Part shown: positions 37,661 to 51,225 of the stretch, one piece after another | Position numbering within the stretch: the first letter of the stretch is position 1 | How the letters are laid out: the number at the start of each line of letters is the position of its first letter | Assembly (NCBI RefSeq): GCF_018350175.1 | Contig: NC_058368.1 | Location: forward strand, 217,436,001-217,500,000 | Reading direction: 5' to 3' | Origin: Felis catus | Lineage: Eukaryota | Length of the DNA: 64,000 bases | The notes under the pieces: generated by a model | The model's database searches: none | What the model was told of the DNA's origin: nothing | The model's input: only the letters and a program-made list of their open reading frames with translations | Program-made: the position numbers and the translations under genes

Positions 37661-37939
37661 CACTGTAGTAACACAATGCATTAATAGAAGAGGTAATGTA
37701 AAGATATTGTCAACACAGCACGTTTATTCATTGTAAAAATTTACTTAATGAACTAGCAAGAAAGTTATGCTATTGAAAACTCAGATGTTAAATCAGGATT
37801 TGATACACATTTAATTTTTTTTTAGATGACAACCTAAGGTCTAACTGATGCTTTTGAAGCAATGCTTCCATTCTCTTTTTTATTTCTCTAATACCAATCT
37901 GGGTAATTTCTTGTTTTACTCTGTTTACAAGTTACTTCA

Positions 37940-39180
37940 AAGAACATTTTACCTATGCTAGACTCCATCCACTACATTCAGTCTTCTCTTCCTATAACTT
38001 CACTGCAATTGCTCTTATGAAGTTACCAATGTCTTCTAAAAATTTTTCTATTTTAAATTCATTTAAAATAAAATTATAGGGGTGCCTGGGTGACTCAGTC
38101 TGTTAAGCGTCCGACTTCGGTTCAGGTCATGATCTCAGTTTGTGAGTTTGAGCCCCACGTCAGGCTCTGTGCTGACAGCTCAGGGCCTGGAGCCTACTTT
38201 GGATTCTGTGTCTCTGTCTGTCTCAGCCCCTCTCCTGCTCACACTTTGTCTATCCCTGTCTCTCAAAAATAAACATTAAAAAAATTGTAATAAAATTGTA
38301 ATTACATACACTGTTGAGGACTCCCACCTTGCAACACTCTACTTCTGTTCCATGAAATCACTTCTCTGTTTCTGCCTATTTCTTTGACTGTTTCTTAGCA
38401 ATTTATTTAAGAACCCGTAAAACCTAGAGGGTCATGAGGCTTCCTTATAGACTCTCCCCTGGATGAACTCACCCAAGCCTACTGCTTTAAGCATCACTTA
38501 TATACTCTTAATTCCCCCATCTAATCTCTGTATTTCCATTTTTGTTTAATGTAGACCCAAATTTCCCCAGTGTATCTAGAAATGTCCTCTTATATCTCAT
38601 GATCCTCTCCAAATTAACACATCTTATAAGACTAAAATCTATCCCTCCACCTCTAGTCCTTTCCTAAATTAAACATTACTGCCACATTGTATCTAGTATA
38701 CCTAACTGTATCTAGTATATTTAATTAAACATTATTGCCACACAGATAGGTTAAATCTTGTACATTGCTCTAAAATTTGCATTCTGACTTGGTCATCACA
38801 GGCAACCTGTCCCATAGTTCTATACTTTCTCCCACCTAAATAGAATGACCCTTTTTCTCTTTATTTCTATTTCCAATGTGTTGGTTAAACCTTTACTATT
38901 TCTCCCCAAAGCTATTACATTTTGTATGTTGCTAACATTTTTACATTCTCAATCTCTTCCCTCACTAGTCCCTTTCATACAATGTGTATAGTGAGATTTA
39001 ACATAAATAAACCTCTTTCAAATTCTTCAATGTTGTGATACAGCCTATAAAACAACATCCATACCTTAATTTTGCAGTCAGCCTTCACAACGTGGCTCCT
39101 ACTACCTGTTCTTAACCCTGGGCTTTGTTCGTAATGTAAGCAGTGACTCGACTGTTTACATTTGCCTCTGTATGTCATCT
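37940..39180 (+). mobile_element. L2 fragments
   Basis: ACTGCAATTGCTCTTATGAAGTTACCAATG, CTTTAAGCATCACTTATATACT, pyrimidine-rich L2-like body; boundaries approximate. Confidence 0.55.
38079..38288 (+). mobile_element. CanSINE
   Basis: TSD AATAAAATTATA / AATAAAATTGTA. Confidence 0.95.
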
Positions 39181-39204
39181 TTTACAATTCTGTGTCAAGT
39201 TGGG

Positions 39205-39415
39205 AGGTAGAATGGTGTATATAAGGAGATGTGGCTAGGATTTAGATGAATCTGAGGATGAATCCAGGCTCTTCACCGTACCTATGACTTGAGAAATATC
39301 ATTTCCCTGGGCTTCAGTGTCCTGATTTGTAAAACGGAAATACATACCTGACAAGGTGGTGATGAGTTGTAGCCAATTTAATATAGCTCAAGAGTATGGA
39401 ACCCTGTACAGACCT
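39205..39415 (+). mobile_element. MIR
   Basis: GAATCCAGGCTCTTCAC...CTGGGCTTCAGTGTCCTGATTTGTAAAACGG core. Confidence 0.7.
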
Positions 39416-41874
39416 TTTGTAACCCACCATTTTATCCATTCAAGAATCAATTATTGAGTAGTTACTATATGCCAGACAATACTCTGGAATGAGAGGTGTG
39501 CATATTTCTAGGAACAAAACAACCATATTTCCGTTGATTTCCTTTGTCCCTTTCTCTTTTTGCTTTTGACACTTCTGATCCATATATTTTTCTGATCTTT
39601 CTTGTATGATAAACGACATTTGCAGACACTGCAGAATTTCAAATGCATTTCTCCCCTCCCAACCTTGTGAAGTTTAGTGGAGCTTGTATGCACATCCATT
39701 ATGGTATTTGTTACTTGATTTCAGTTTATTATTTGTTCTTACTATTAGACAAAAACGTTTTGTACAGCAGAACTCGTATCTTATTATTTAAGTAGCTATC
39801 CATGGTAAATAGCATACAATGAATAAAAAGTCTTATTCTCAGATGTTTTAACCTAGGTGTTTACATTTCCGCAATTATATCTTTAAAGCTATAGGTCAAG
39901 CATAGTGGTAAAAAGATTGGAGATACAAAAGTATAGGAATTATTGCTAAAAGGTAATTTGAGCAGAAAACACACATCCATGAAAAAAAAAGTTGAACTGA
40001 AACATAGTGCTCATGTTTTTTTTTTTTTTTTTTTTTTTTGGCTAATTAGTAGTTCAGGTAATAAATTCCTTAAGAGTTCAGGGTAGAGAAACATCACTGT
40101 GGATTACTCCAGTTAAGTGAAATTTCCATGGAGAATTCAACTTTAATGAGAGGAGAGAAAAGGCAAAGACATTCCAGGTGGTAGGAATGAAGTAAGCAAT
40201 GGAACAGAGCCAGGGATTTGCGGCATATTTTACGGGGAAAATATTAAATCAATTTTCTAAAGTAAAGAATTCACTTAGGGAGGTAGTGAGTGATGAATCT
40301 GGAGACACACAGACTGGCTATGAGAGATCTGAAGACCAGAGCTTTAGTGGGGCCGTATGATTTAGGTAGAGAAGAGTTACGACAGTCGATTCAGAGATGG
40401 AAGCTGAAAGCATTGTCTCAGAACATTTGGTCTGGCTGTGAGATGCTCCATGGTTGGCCTTCAGGGTGCCTTTAGATCTGGAGAGATAGTTAAAAGCCAA
40501 TGCTGATTATTTTTATGTGAATTAATTACGACCACGGCTAGCATTTGTGTATACTCTTTAGTCTTCTAGTAAATTTAATTCATTCTTGATGTCAAAGTTA
40601 TGGCAACACTTCTAAATTAAATATGACAAGTTCTTCTGAAATACATAGTTTCCATAATTGTTTTCAATTTTACTTATTTCCAAAAGATACCTAAAATAGG
40701 TTGTGTTAAAATCATATGGATTCTGGAGTCATATATTATTTTAATAATAATTGAGATGACTAATATGTGTATTTCCTTTTTATTCATTGAAAATTTGAGT
40801 TATTATACTGTAGAGGAGAGAAAATACATGGAATAATTTCTGCTTTCACAATGTTTACAATCTATTATGGAGACAGTTGAATTCATCAGTATGATATAAA
40901 AAATAAGTGGTAGATATTGTAAGGGTTTATAAAAAACAAAAAGTCTCATGGAAGCACAATTCTGGCAGGAATAATTAGAGCAAATGCCACTGGAAGGCTT
41001 GCACTTAAGCTCTGTTTTAAAGTATATGTGGAATTTTGAACCACAGAGATGGGTGAGTAAAGGCATGACTGTAAGAGTGTCAAACAAATAGAGACAGAGA
41101 AGAATACGTTTATGACATATTTGGAAATTGACATATTGACAGGAAATCACTGTGGTGTGAACAAAGGATAAAAAGAATAGTATCCTGAGAAATAAAGAAG
41201 GTATAATCGATTGTGGTCATGCCACTGGAGTGTGTGTGTGTGTACATGTGTGTGCATGCATGTTCATAAATGTGTGTGTGTTGGGGAAGCAGGGCTTTAA
41301 ATATCATTATATTAATTTTTGATGTCATTTTTTGATAAAGTAGAGAGCCATGGGAGAAGTAGAAGGAGGACAGAGCAAGAGACTTCAACGGATGTGCTGG
41401 GGCCATAACACAGGCATAGGAAGGAGTGTGGACTCATGTTGGCCTCAGTGAATCATTGGAGATTTGTGAGCAGAATAACAACATGGTTCCTAAGGTATCT
41501 GGTTTAGGGAAGTAGCTGTGTCAGTAATATATAAGAGTTTAGAAATGAGAGCTTGTGATAAACAAAGAGAACATTTAAAAGATTTCTGCAAAAGTTCAAG
41601 TAAGATGTAAATGTGCCCTGAAATGCTGCTTTCTATCCAACACAAGCAAGTACACATAGGGAAAAATAAACTGTATTCTAACAAGTAAAATTTAGTTATA
41701 CAATCCATAACCAAATACTGTAATATATATTTAGGTAAAACTAAATTTTATCATAATAATTTTTCAGGCATAGAAAAAAACTAATTATATACACAACCAA
41801 CATATTAAAAAAAAGAGGTTTTTTTATTTTGCCAAAATCATAAAAACTTCTAGAAGCCATTATAGCAAAATGTT

Positions 41875-42124
41875 ATTTTTCTTTTAAAGTTATTTATTTT
41901 GAGAGGGAGAGAGAGAGAACATGCACATGTGTGCAAGACAGCACATGAGTGTGGGAGGGGCAGAGAGAAAGAAAGAGAGAGAGAGAGAGAGTGAGAATCC
42001 CAAGGAGGATCCATGGGGTCAGTACAGAGCCCAACATGGGGTTCAACCCCAGGAACCGTGAGATCAGGACCGAAGTGAAAATCAAGACTAGGGCACTTGA
42101 CTGACTGAGCCAGCCAGGTGCGCC
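41875..42124 (-). mobile_element. CanSINE
   Basis: Reverse head ...CTGACTGAGCCAGCCAGGTGCGCC; TATAGCAA on both flanks. Confidence 0.93.
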
Positions 42125-43742
42125 TATAGCAAGGTATTTCTATTAAAAAGCTATATTCACTAATAAATCAGTGCAAATGTTTGATTTTTAGTATTTATAA
42201 AACATAACCTTAGAGATATTGGATATTTCAAAACCCTGAGAAGATTAAGACTTACTATCGTCAACTACACATATGGTCATTATTCTTTATAAAGATATAT
42301 TCCTCTTGTGTAAATATAATCTCTTACTGTCCATGTATTGTTTCCAGTTCAACAAGAGAATATATTATAAGGAGTATATTTTTATTATACACATACAATA
42401 CTTTGGAATTCTGAGCAAATTCAAAAAGCTCAAATCATCAACAAAGAACCAGCAGTTTATATATTAAAAGTGGTGATACTTTTATAAATAATACATTCTA
42501 CAAAGTGTAGGCAGGGCTATAAAAGGCAGGGGTTACAACATACCTTACCTATCTGCTATCATTCCTGATGACGGGATGGTCATTGTCAAATACCATGCCC
42601 TTGTCACTTAACTGATGGTAGACCAGGACCAGATCCGAGGACTTAACTGTTAGTCTAGGTTACCTTTCACCTTCCATGGAGTTCTTCTGTTAGAGAGTGC
42701 CATGATGTCACCAATATTAATATACTATAACTTTGCTTTAATTTGAAGCATTATTAAACCTTAAAACAATATTTTATCCAGGCTTCCTCATTAGAAATAG
42801 TGTATGTTTTATAATTGAGTACATATTTTTAATTTATTATTAGTAGATGACATTTTAATTGGAAAGCTTTATTTTACCAGCATTTAAGAGTTTAAAAGTT
42901 TACAAAAATCATATAGCTTTCAACTTATTTTGTCATCAAGTCAAATGTTGTGAAATGTTCTCTATAATCTTGATATTGTCTTCATTTAGCAAGTTAGCAA
43001 GTTACCTAATTTTAACTGACTTGTAAGATATTCCAGAGATTTCACCATTCCATGTATTTATTTTTCTTATAATTAAGGAAGAGTTTTATTTCATAATATA
43101 GTTCACAAAATATTTTGCGTGTATGTATGTCTTTCCTATACTTACAGTATTTATTATGTAAAAATTAACTCCCATAGATTTCATTGCTATTCAAGAAAAC
43201 TCCAACAATATTTTACATATTCCCTCCCCACCCCTGTGCAGAATATATGCAGAGACCTTTAAGCCTAGAAGTTTCCATGAATACTATAAGGACAACTATC
43301 ATTTTTTTAATTTAAATTTAGCTCTTTGATTATTTTCTAAAATGTACATTGTCTTAATAACATTAAGTTACTAGGTAACCACTGAATTTTCACAGAAATA
43401 TATGTACAATTTGATTAATAAGATAACTGGCAGAAACCTTCTTCAATCTCCTCTCTGATTTCCAAAGACTATAAATACCTTATGAGTTTCAAGGTTCTAA
43501 AGGAATATGGTAGAGGTTAGAATCTCAAAAGTTGCAATGAAAACTACTAATATCTTTATTTGGAGTAATGGATGTTTAAAATTGTATTTTGGTTTTCATC
43601 ACCTTTTTAACTGATTTTAGTGTTCTTAACTCATTTTGTGTACTTTCTCTTTTGGGAAACACAAAACTGCATTATCTCAGAGCTGACTGGAGGTGAATCC
43701 AACAACTGACTTCTTTCAGAAAGGCTGTCTGTGTTATGTTTT

Positions 43743-43806
43743 ATGTATGTATGTGTGTGTGTGTATGCTTGTGTGTGTGTATGTATGTATGTATGTATGT
43801 ATGTAT
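43743..43806. repeat. (TATG)n/(TG)n compound microsatellite
   Basis: Direct reading. Confidence 0.92.
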
Positions 43807-44089
43807 TTAAATAAGCAGAGTCAGATGATTCCTTTCCTGACTTTATTGTTGAGTTTATTCCATTTCATCTGTGTTATCCTTCCACTTTTTCTACTAGGAG
43901 CTTTCAGTTTTTAAAGAAAGTTTTGTCATAGTTGTTGTGGTTTCTCTCCCCTTCCCTTCTGTACCTGTGCAATTTCAAAATTCGTTTTCTTTTCTCTCTA
44001 CTATGACCCTGACACTGAAAATGAAAATTATCTAAATATAGTAAGGTATAATATTTAAGAATGTTTTATCTGTTTTCCAAATCAGAACG

Positions 44090-44496
44090 TGTATTAGTTT
44101 GCTAAGGCTGCCCTAACAAAATATCAAAGACTGTAGGGCTTAAACAACAGAAATTTGTTTTCTCTTAGTTCTAGAAGTTGCAAATCCAAAATCAAGGGGT
44201 CATCAGGTTGTTTTTCACCTTCTGTGACCTCTCTCCTTGGTTTGAAGATGGACCCTTTCCACGGTGTCCTCATGTGATCTTTCCTCACTGTGTGAACATC
44301 TCCAGTGTCTGTGAGTATAAATTTATGCTTCTTATTAGGATACCAATCATATTGGATTAGTATCCACCCTAAAAGTGCCATTTTAACTTAATTACCTCTT
44401 TACAGGCCATATCTGAAAACAGGGTCACATTCTGAGGTACAAGGACTGAGGGCTTCAACATACGAATTTGGTGGGGGCAAAATTCATCCCATAACT
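44090..44496 (-). mobile_element. MaLR solo LTR, MLT1B-like
   Basis: TGTATTAGTTTGCTAAGGCTGCC...GGTCACATTCTGAGGTAC...AAAATTCATCCCATAAC. Confidence 0.9.
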
Positions 44497-46819
44497 CAAC
44501 CCATTCAGAAAGTAATTTAAGGGTTAAGTCAGAGAGCATTAACTTTGAAGTCAGAAAATCTGTATTAAAAAAAGTTTCATGCCATTTAATAAGCAATTCA
44601 ACATCTCTGAAACCCAGTTTGTCATTGTTTGAGAATAATAATGCCCATTTCGAGGTAATTGTTCTATGCTTGCACATATAGAAAGCCTGCCATATTGCCG
44701 TATTCATATTCATAATACATTTACTGAATATGTATATTGTATCAATGTCACCACACATTTTTGTACATCCTAAGACTAAGGAGGTAATATGATAGAAATG
44801 CTGAAATTTAAATAGTGTTTTCATTTTGCCTTTGTAAGCAACACATTTTTTGTGAAGAATAAATTTGACCATAATATATTAAATGTGTCCTAAAATTATG
44901 AGAGCATTTTTGAGAAGCCAAATTGAAAGACTTTATTTCTATTTAGTCCTTCGTAATACTCTGTTTCATGCATCATTGATTTATAGACATTTGTCACAAA
45001 CAAGATAGGCCCATATGTTAAAAGCACTTGCCATTTTTTTTTTGACTGCCTTCAATCAGATTGAACAGATTAATGATTGTAATAATCAGTCATCCTGATT
45101 TTCAACTACATGGTCTTAACTATTCTATGATTTCAGGATGTCCCTTTATCTAAATCATTAAACTCTTTAGGATTTATTAAAGCCTCTTTTTAGGCATATT
45201 GATCTGCATTCAATTTGTACCTCTTTGGAATGCCCTTTTCCAGCATGAATTTTCATAGCAAAGTATTCTTGTTGATTGATGTGTTCATGTGTTGTTATAT
45301 TGCTTCACCTTAAGTACCTTTTTCCCCCACCAAATCTCCTTGAGTCTACTATTTTAAATGCTTTAACCTCTTATATGTCTTTGTAATGTCCTTCCATGTA
45401 AGATCAGGTACAGTGGGCTGACTGTATTTTCTAGTGCAAATTAAAAACCCATTTGTTCAGCTTGACTTCTGCTTAGTGACAGCTCTGTGTATTTTTATGC
45501 TTAGTGACAGCTCTGTGTATTCACATGTGATATGAATACATGAAGGACACAGCACAAAATCTAACTGCATTATACTCCATCTGCATTGTGAGGTAAATGT
45601 GGAATAATTACTACTGTCTAAGTTTTTATTCATTTTTTCATTAAAGCTGTTATCATGTCAGGGACAAGGATAAATAATACCCAATACCTGGCTTTTATTA
45701 GTTTCCGTCTTTGTTAAATGTGAATGACGTGAAAGGCAATAAGTAAGGCTGTAAAAAATCATAAATAAAACATTAGCACATTTTTTTAATAGTGCAGGTG
45801 TAAATGTCACTAATGAAGTAAGAATAAATATGTTATGTTAATTACACTGGTTTGCCTTAGTGTAAAATGTGAAAGGAAATGTAGTGCTTGACAAGAATGA
45901 AAACAGGAAAACCAAATTTTTTTTACCATAGGAAATACTCATTTATTTTACTATTTGCCATACAAGAGTAGGTTATATTACAGATTTGGCCATGTGCTAG
46001 ACCTGTTTTACAGAGTGATATTCCAAGCACAATAAGTCACTTATGGCTATTATAGTTTCACCGGGTGGCCCCAAACAGATACCTACTTATACAGACTGTG
46101 TCCTACAGTGTGTTTTTCTCTGTTTCTTCAGGGTCAAATAGCACATAGTACTTGCTTCTTTAATGCTTCATATCCTTTTCTTCTGTAAATCCTCTCTTGC
46201 TATATAACAATTACTCTTTAATATGCAAAAATACAGGAAAGTCAAGTGTATTAGAATGTCATTTAACCAAGTCTAAGTAGATTAGGAATTGACACTTTAA
46301 AAGCCAACTAATAAAAGAAGTTCATGAACTATAAACAGTAATTACAAAATTATTTGTTTTGTTTATTTTGTGTGTTCCTCTGTTTAATCTAGAAAGAGCA
46401 AGAAATGTGTTGTCAAAGTTCATGGCTCACTTTTGAAGGTCTCATTGTATCTATTAGTGTGTGTTGGGAAGATAGACTATTACTTCATCCTTAGAGTAGA
46501 GAGCCACACAAAGATCAAATTTGACTAATTCTGCTAAGGTGTCAATTCCACATTTCATTCGTTCTTTGCTTATCAAATATCATTGTATCCAGCAAATCAA
46601 AAACAAAAAACCCTAAGGGTCATTCTGCTCTATTTTATAGGCAATGATGGTAAAACTGATCAGGCTTAGCACATATATAAATAAAAGTCCCCCTTTTAGA
46701 GATGAGTTATCTTTGGATCAGAAGGGATTTTAAACTCTTACAATTGCACATAGCCACCAAGTCTCAGAATCAGAATTCAAATTAGAATCAACACAACATT
46801 TGCAACCAACCTGCAATGC

Positions 46820-47960
46820 TCATGTGTCCCAAAGGATTATCTCTAGCCCAGACCTATGTCCTGAGGATCATGTCCACTTACAAATCATAGCATGGCTTCT
46901 CAACATATTCTTTTGGATGGTGCAAACACATCCTAATCCTAAATTACTAAAAGTCTGTCTTCTTCAATTTTTACTTATTTCAATGAATGATGCCACCTTG
47001 AAACCAATTTCTTATGCCTGGAACCTAGCTTTCACTTTTCACAACTTCTCCCCTGAGAAGTTGTCACTTCTACATCCAGTATATCACTTGGCCCTGTCAT
47101 CTTTGCCTGACAGATATGTCTTACATCCATTGACATTCACTCATCACCAGTGACATCACTGATTACTGCAGAACACCTTCTTCCTCTCTTACACACCTGC
47201 CCAGATACTGCAGTGGGCTCCTAACAACTATCCAGAGACATCATCTTGTCTCTCTTCAATCATTTCTTCACACTGCTGTTAAATGATTTAAAGCCTGCTA
47301 TACCACTGTTCCTTCACTTTATAACATTTTTATCCTTGCTGTAGTTCAACCACTCTAGATTTCTTTAAGTTTCTCAAATATACCTTACCAATGCCTGCCA
47401 CAGTGCCTTTGCATATGTTGTCCTACCTTGAAAGGTGTTTGCCACCAAAAACTTACTTAGCCCTTGTCTACATCTATTCATCTTTCTTTTTTTAAATATT
47501 TATTTATTTTGAGAGAGAGAGAGAGAGCACGTTTGAGCAGGGGAGGGACAGAGAGAGAGGGAGAGAGAATCCTATGCAGGTTCCACACTTAACAAGGAGC
47601 CTGATGTGGGGCTTGATCCCACAACTGTGAAATCATGATCTGAGCTGAAATCAAGAGTCAGAGGCTTGATTGGCTGAGCTACCCAGGTGCCCCCATCCTT
47701 CTTATTTAAGGTCAAATACGATTTGCCCAAAATATAATTAACTGAGCTTCATATTAATACGACCTCCATTTTGCATTGTTAACAATATTTTATGGCCTTT
47801 TTGTTTATAATTGAATATTTACTTGTGTGATTATTTAATGTCTTACCTACTATGTGTACTGATACACTTTCTGAAGGAAATGTACATGTCTTATTTTTCA
47901 CGTTTTTATATTCTATAGGTTTAGCATAGTGCCCAGGAAAAATTATATAATAATTAGAAA
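46820..47960 (+). mobile_element. L2 3' fragments
   Basis: TCTCTAGCCCAGACCT, CACAGTGCCTTTGCATATGTTG, TAGCATAGTGCCCAGG; boundaries approximate. Confidence 0.6.
47489..47693 (-). mobile_element. CanSINE
   Basis: TSD CATCTTTCTT / CATCCTTCTT. Confidence 0.94.
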
Positions 47961-48290
47961 TATGTTGAAGTACTAAAATCATGTTTCAGGCTAAAGTTAA
48001 TGTTATCTAATGATGTAAAAACATCACGCTAGAAATAGCATCTGTTTTTCAACAGCTTATTGTGAAAGAGATCTCCTTGAATAAATTTTGAAGGCTTACA
48101 GTGGACATCAGTATAATCTTCACTACATTTCATTATTTTTTAACATTTTGCCATCCTTGCTTCATCTAGCTTTCTGTCTTTCTCCTTTTCATTTTGTTTT
48201 TCTAATCACTTGAAAGAAAATTGTACACAGCATGATATGGAAACCTATTCCTAATTACGTGAACATTGTATTTTTAATAACAACATTCTT

Positions 48291-48532
48291 TTTATTTTTT
48301 TATTTTATTTTTTTTAAATTTTTTTTTCAGCGTTTTTATTTATTTTTGGGACAGAGAGAGACAGAGCATGAACGGGGGAGGGGCAGAGAGAGAGGGAGAC
48401 ACAGAATCGGAAACAGGCTCCAGGCTCCGAGCCATCAGCCCAGAGCCTGACGCGGGGCTCGAACTCACGGAGCGCGAGATCGTGACCTGGCTGAAGTCGG
48501 ACGCTTAACCGACTGTGCCACCCAGGCGCCCC
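48291..48532 (-). mobile_element. Very young SINEC_Fc-type CanSINE
   Basis: CpGs intact, diagnostic CAGCCAGGTCACG and GGGCTGATGGCTC variants, long tail, perfect TSD AATAACAACATTCTT. Confidence 0.97.
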
Positions 48533-48990
48533 AATAACAACATTCTTATCCATATTGTACAGTACACACCATTTTCACATTCAAGATATACAAAAATGGA
48601 AGATTATAATGTCTTGAAGGTTATAATAAAATAATTCACATATATGTATATTTTATTATAAACCTGTTATATAAGATATATACTAGGCCTATCATTATAT
48701 GTGTTACAATATGCTCAAAAATGAATTTGATAGGTTAGCTTTCTATAATTATTTTACGTGTCAAAAAGAGGATTTAAACTGAGGTCTACAAAGCTCCAAA
48801 GCTCATTACTATTCCACCATATTATCAAAAATCATGATCATGTTATTGACATTGTTTCCAGAATTAACTAGAAATTAGACAATATTTTGAGAGCTTAAAT
48901 AGAAAATGTCACATAGGAAGGCATACTATGTACATCTGAATGCCAACTGAAGAATAGGAGATATGCTCAGTTTTTAAAATATTTTCTTCT

Positions 48991-49213
48991 CTCTGGGCGC
49001 CTGGGTGGCTCAGTCGGTTAAGCGTCCGACTTCAGCTCAGGTCATGATCTCTCGGTCCGTGAGTTTGAGTCCCGCTTCCAGCTCTGTGCTGACAGCTCAG
49101 AGCCTGGAGCCTGTTTCAGATTCTGTGTCTCCCTCTCTCTCTGACCCTCCCCCATTCATGCTCTGTCTCTCTGTCTCAAAAATAAATAAACGTTAAAAAA
49201 ATAAAAATAAAAT
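48991..49213 (+). mobile_element. Young CanSINE
   Basis: Perfect TSD AAAATATTTTCTTCT; extra CTCT before the GGGCGCC head. Confidence 0.97.
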
Positions 49214-50596
49214 AAAATATTTTCTTCTTTGAAACTGGCTTTATTACTGTATATGAATATATGATATTGTTCTGAGACCATTATGGTATAAGAATCACTG
49301 ATAGGTTCTAGAGTTGTAACTGAATTATTAAAATTTGTGAGAGTAACACTTCATTCAAGAAAAGAAGAAAGAAAGAAGAGTTAAATAAAGGACTTTAATA
49401 AAATTAGAAAATAAAGAGAAGTAACAACTGACAAAACACAAATACAAAGGATTATAAAAGACTACTATGAAAAATTAAGTGTCAACAAATTGGACAACCT
49501 AGAAGAAATAGGTACACTCCTGGAAGCATACAGTCTTCCAAAACGGAATCAGGAAGAAATAGAATATCTGAACAGATGGATTACCAACAATGTTATTGAG
49601 TTGATAATCAAAAAAACACTCAACAAACAAAAGTTCAGGACCTGGTGGATTCAAGTGAATTCTACCAAACATTTAAAGAAGAGTTATTTTTCTCAAACTA
49701 TTCCAAAAAATTAGAAGAGGAAGGGAAGCTTCCAAATTCATTCTATGGGCCTCGCATTACCTCTATACCAAAAGTAGACAAAGACACTACCAAAAAAGAA
49801 AACTAAAGGCCAATATCCCTGCTGAACATAGGTGCAAAAACCTGAACAAAATATTGGCAAACCAAATTCAACAATACATTAAAAAGATTAGTCACCATAA
49901 TCAAGTAAGGGGGATGTATTCTAGGAATGCAAGATTGGTTCTATATCCACAGTTTGAAACATCATATTAAATCTTTTTATAAAAAACCACATGATCATCT
50001 CAATACATGTAGGAAAAGCATTTGATAAAAATTCAACACCTGTTCATGATTAAAAACTCTCAACAAAGTGAGTTTAGAGGGAACATACTTCAAAATAATA
50101 AGGGTCATATATAACAAACCCTCAGCTAACATCAAACAGACCAGAAACAAGACAAGAATGTCCACTTTCACCACTTTTATTCAAAATACTGGAAGTCCTA
50201 GACATAGCAATCAAACAGGAAAAAAAAGACTTCCAAATTAGTAAAGATAAAGGAAAACTGTCATTATTTGCAGATGACTAGACATAGAAAACCCTAGACT
50301 CCACCAAGAAAAACTATTAGAACTGAGAAATGAATTCAGTAAATTTGTAAGATATACAAAATTAATATACAGAGATCTATTGCATTTCTATACACTAATA
50401 ATGAAACAGAAAGAGATATTAAGAAAAAAATCCTATTTAAACTTGCAACAAAAATAATAAAATACCCATGAATCAATTTAGGCAAAGAGTTGAAAGATCT
50501 ATACTCAGAATAATAAAACATGGATGAAAGATACTGAAGACAACACAAAAACATGGAAAGATATAACATGCCTATGAATTGGAAGAATTAATATAT

Positions 50597-50830
50597 ATTT
50601 TTTTAATTTAAAAAAAATTTTTTTTCAACGTTTATTTATTTTTTTGGGACAGAGAGAGACAGAGCATGAACGGGGGAGGGGCAGAGAGAGAGGGAGACAC
50701 AGAATCGGAAACAGGCTCCAGGCTCTGAGCCATCAGCCCAGAGCCTGACACGGGGCTCGAACTCACGGACCGTGAGATGGTGACCTGGCTGAAGTCGGAC
50801 GCTTAACCTACTGCGCCACCCAGGCGCCCC
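50597..50830 (-). mobile_element. Young SINEC_Fc-type CanSINE inserted in L1
   Basis: Perfect TSD AGAATTAATATAT at 50584-50596 and 50831-50843; CpG-rich. Confidence 0.97.
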
Positions 50831-50844
50831 AGAATTAATATATT

Positions 50845-51225
50845 TTTAAAATTTATTTAAATTCAAGTTATTTAATATATGGGGAATATAGTATTAGGAC
50901 TACAATTTAGTGATTCATCATTTACATATAACACCCAGTGCTCATTTCAACAAGTGCCCTCCTTAATGTCCAGTACCCATTTAACCCATCCCCCACCCAA
51001 CACCCCTCCAGGAACCTTCAGTTTATTCTGTATTTAAGTCTCTTATGATTTGCTTTCCTCTCTGTTTTTATCTTATTTTTCCTTCCCTTCCCTCTATGTT
51101 CATCTGTTTTATTTCTTAAATCACACATATGAGTGAAATCATATATTTATCTTTCTCTGATTGACTCATTTCACTTAGCATTTACTGTCTAGTTCCATTC
51201 ACGTTGTTGCAAATGGCAAGATTTC
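50845..51225 (-). mobile_element. Carnivore L1 3' end inserted antisense within the older L1
   Basis: ACACCCAGTGCTCAT...AAGTGCCCTCCTTAATG...CATTTCACTTAGCAT...GTTGCAAATGGCAAGATTTC. Confidence 0.92.

Noticed and set aside
44369..44872. Longest ORF in the track (167 aa, minus strand)
   Set aside because: Runs through a MIR-like relic and into an MLT1B LTR; no recognisable domain
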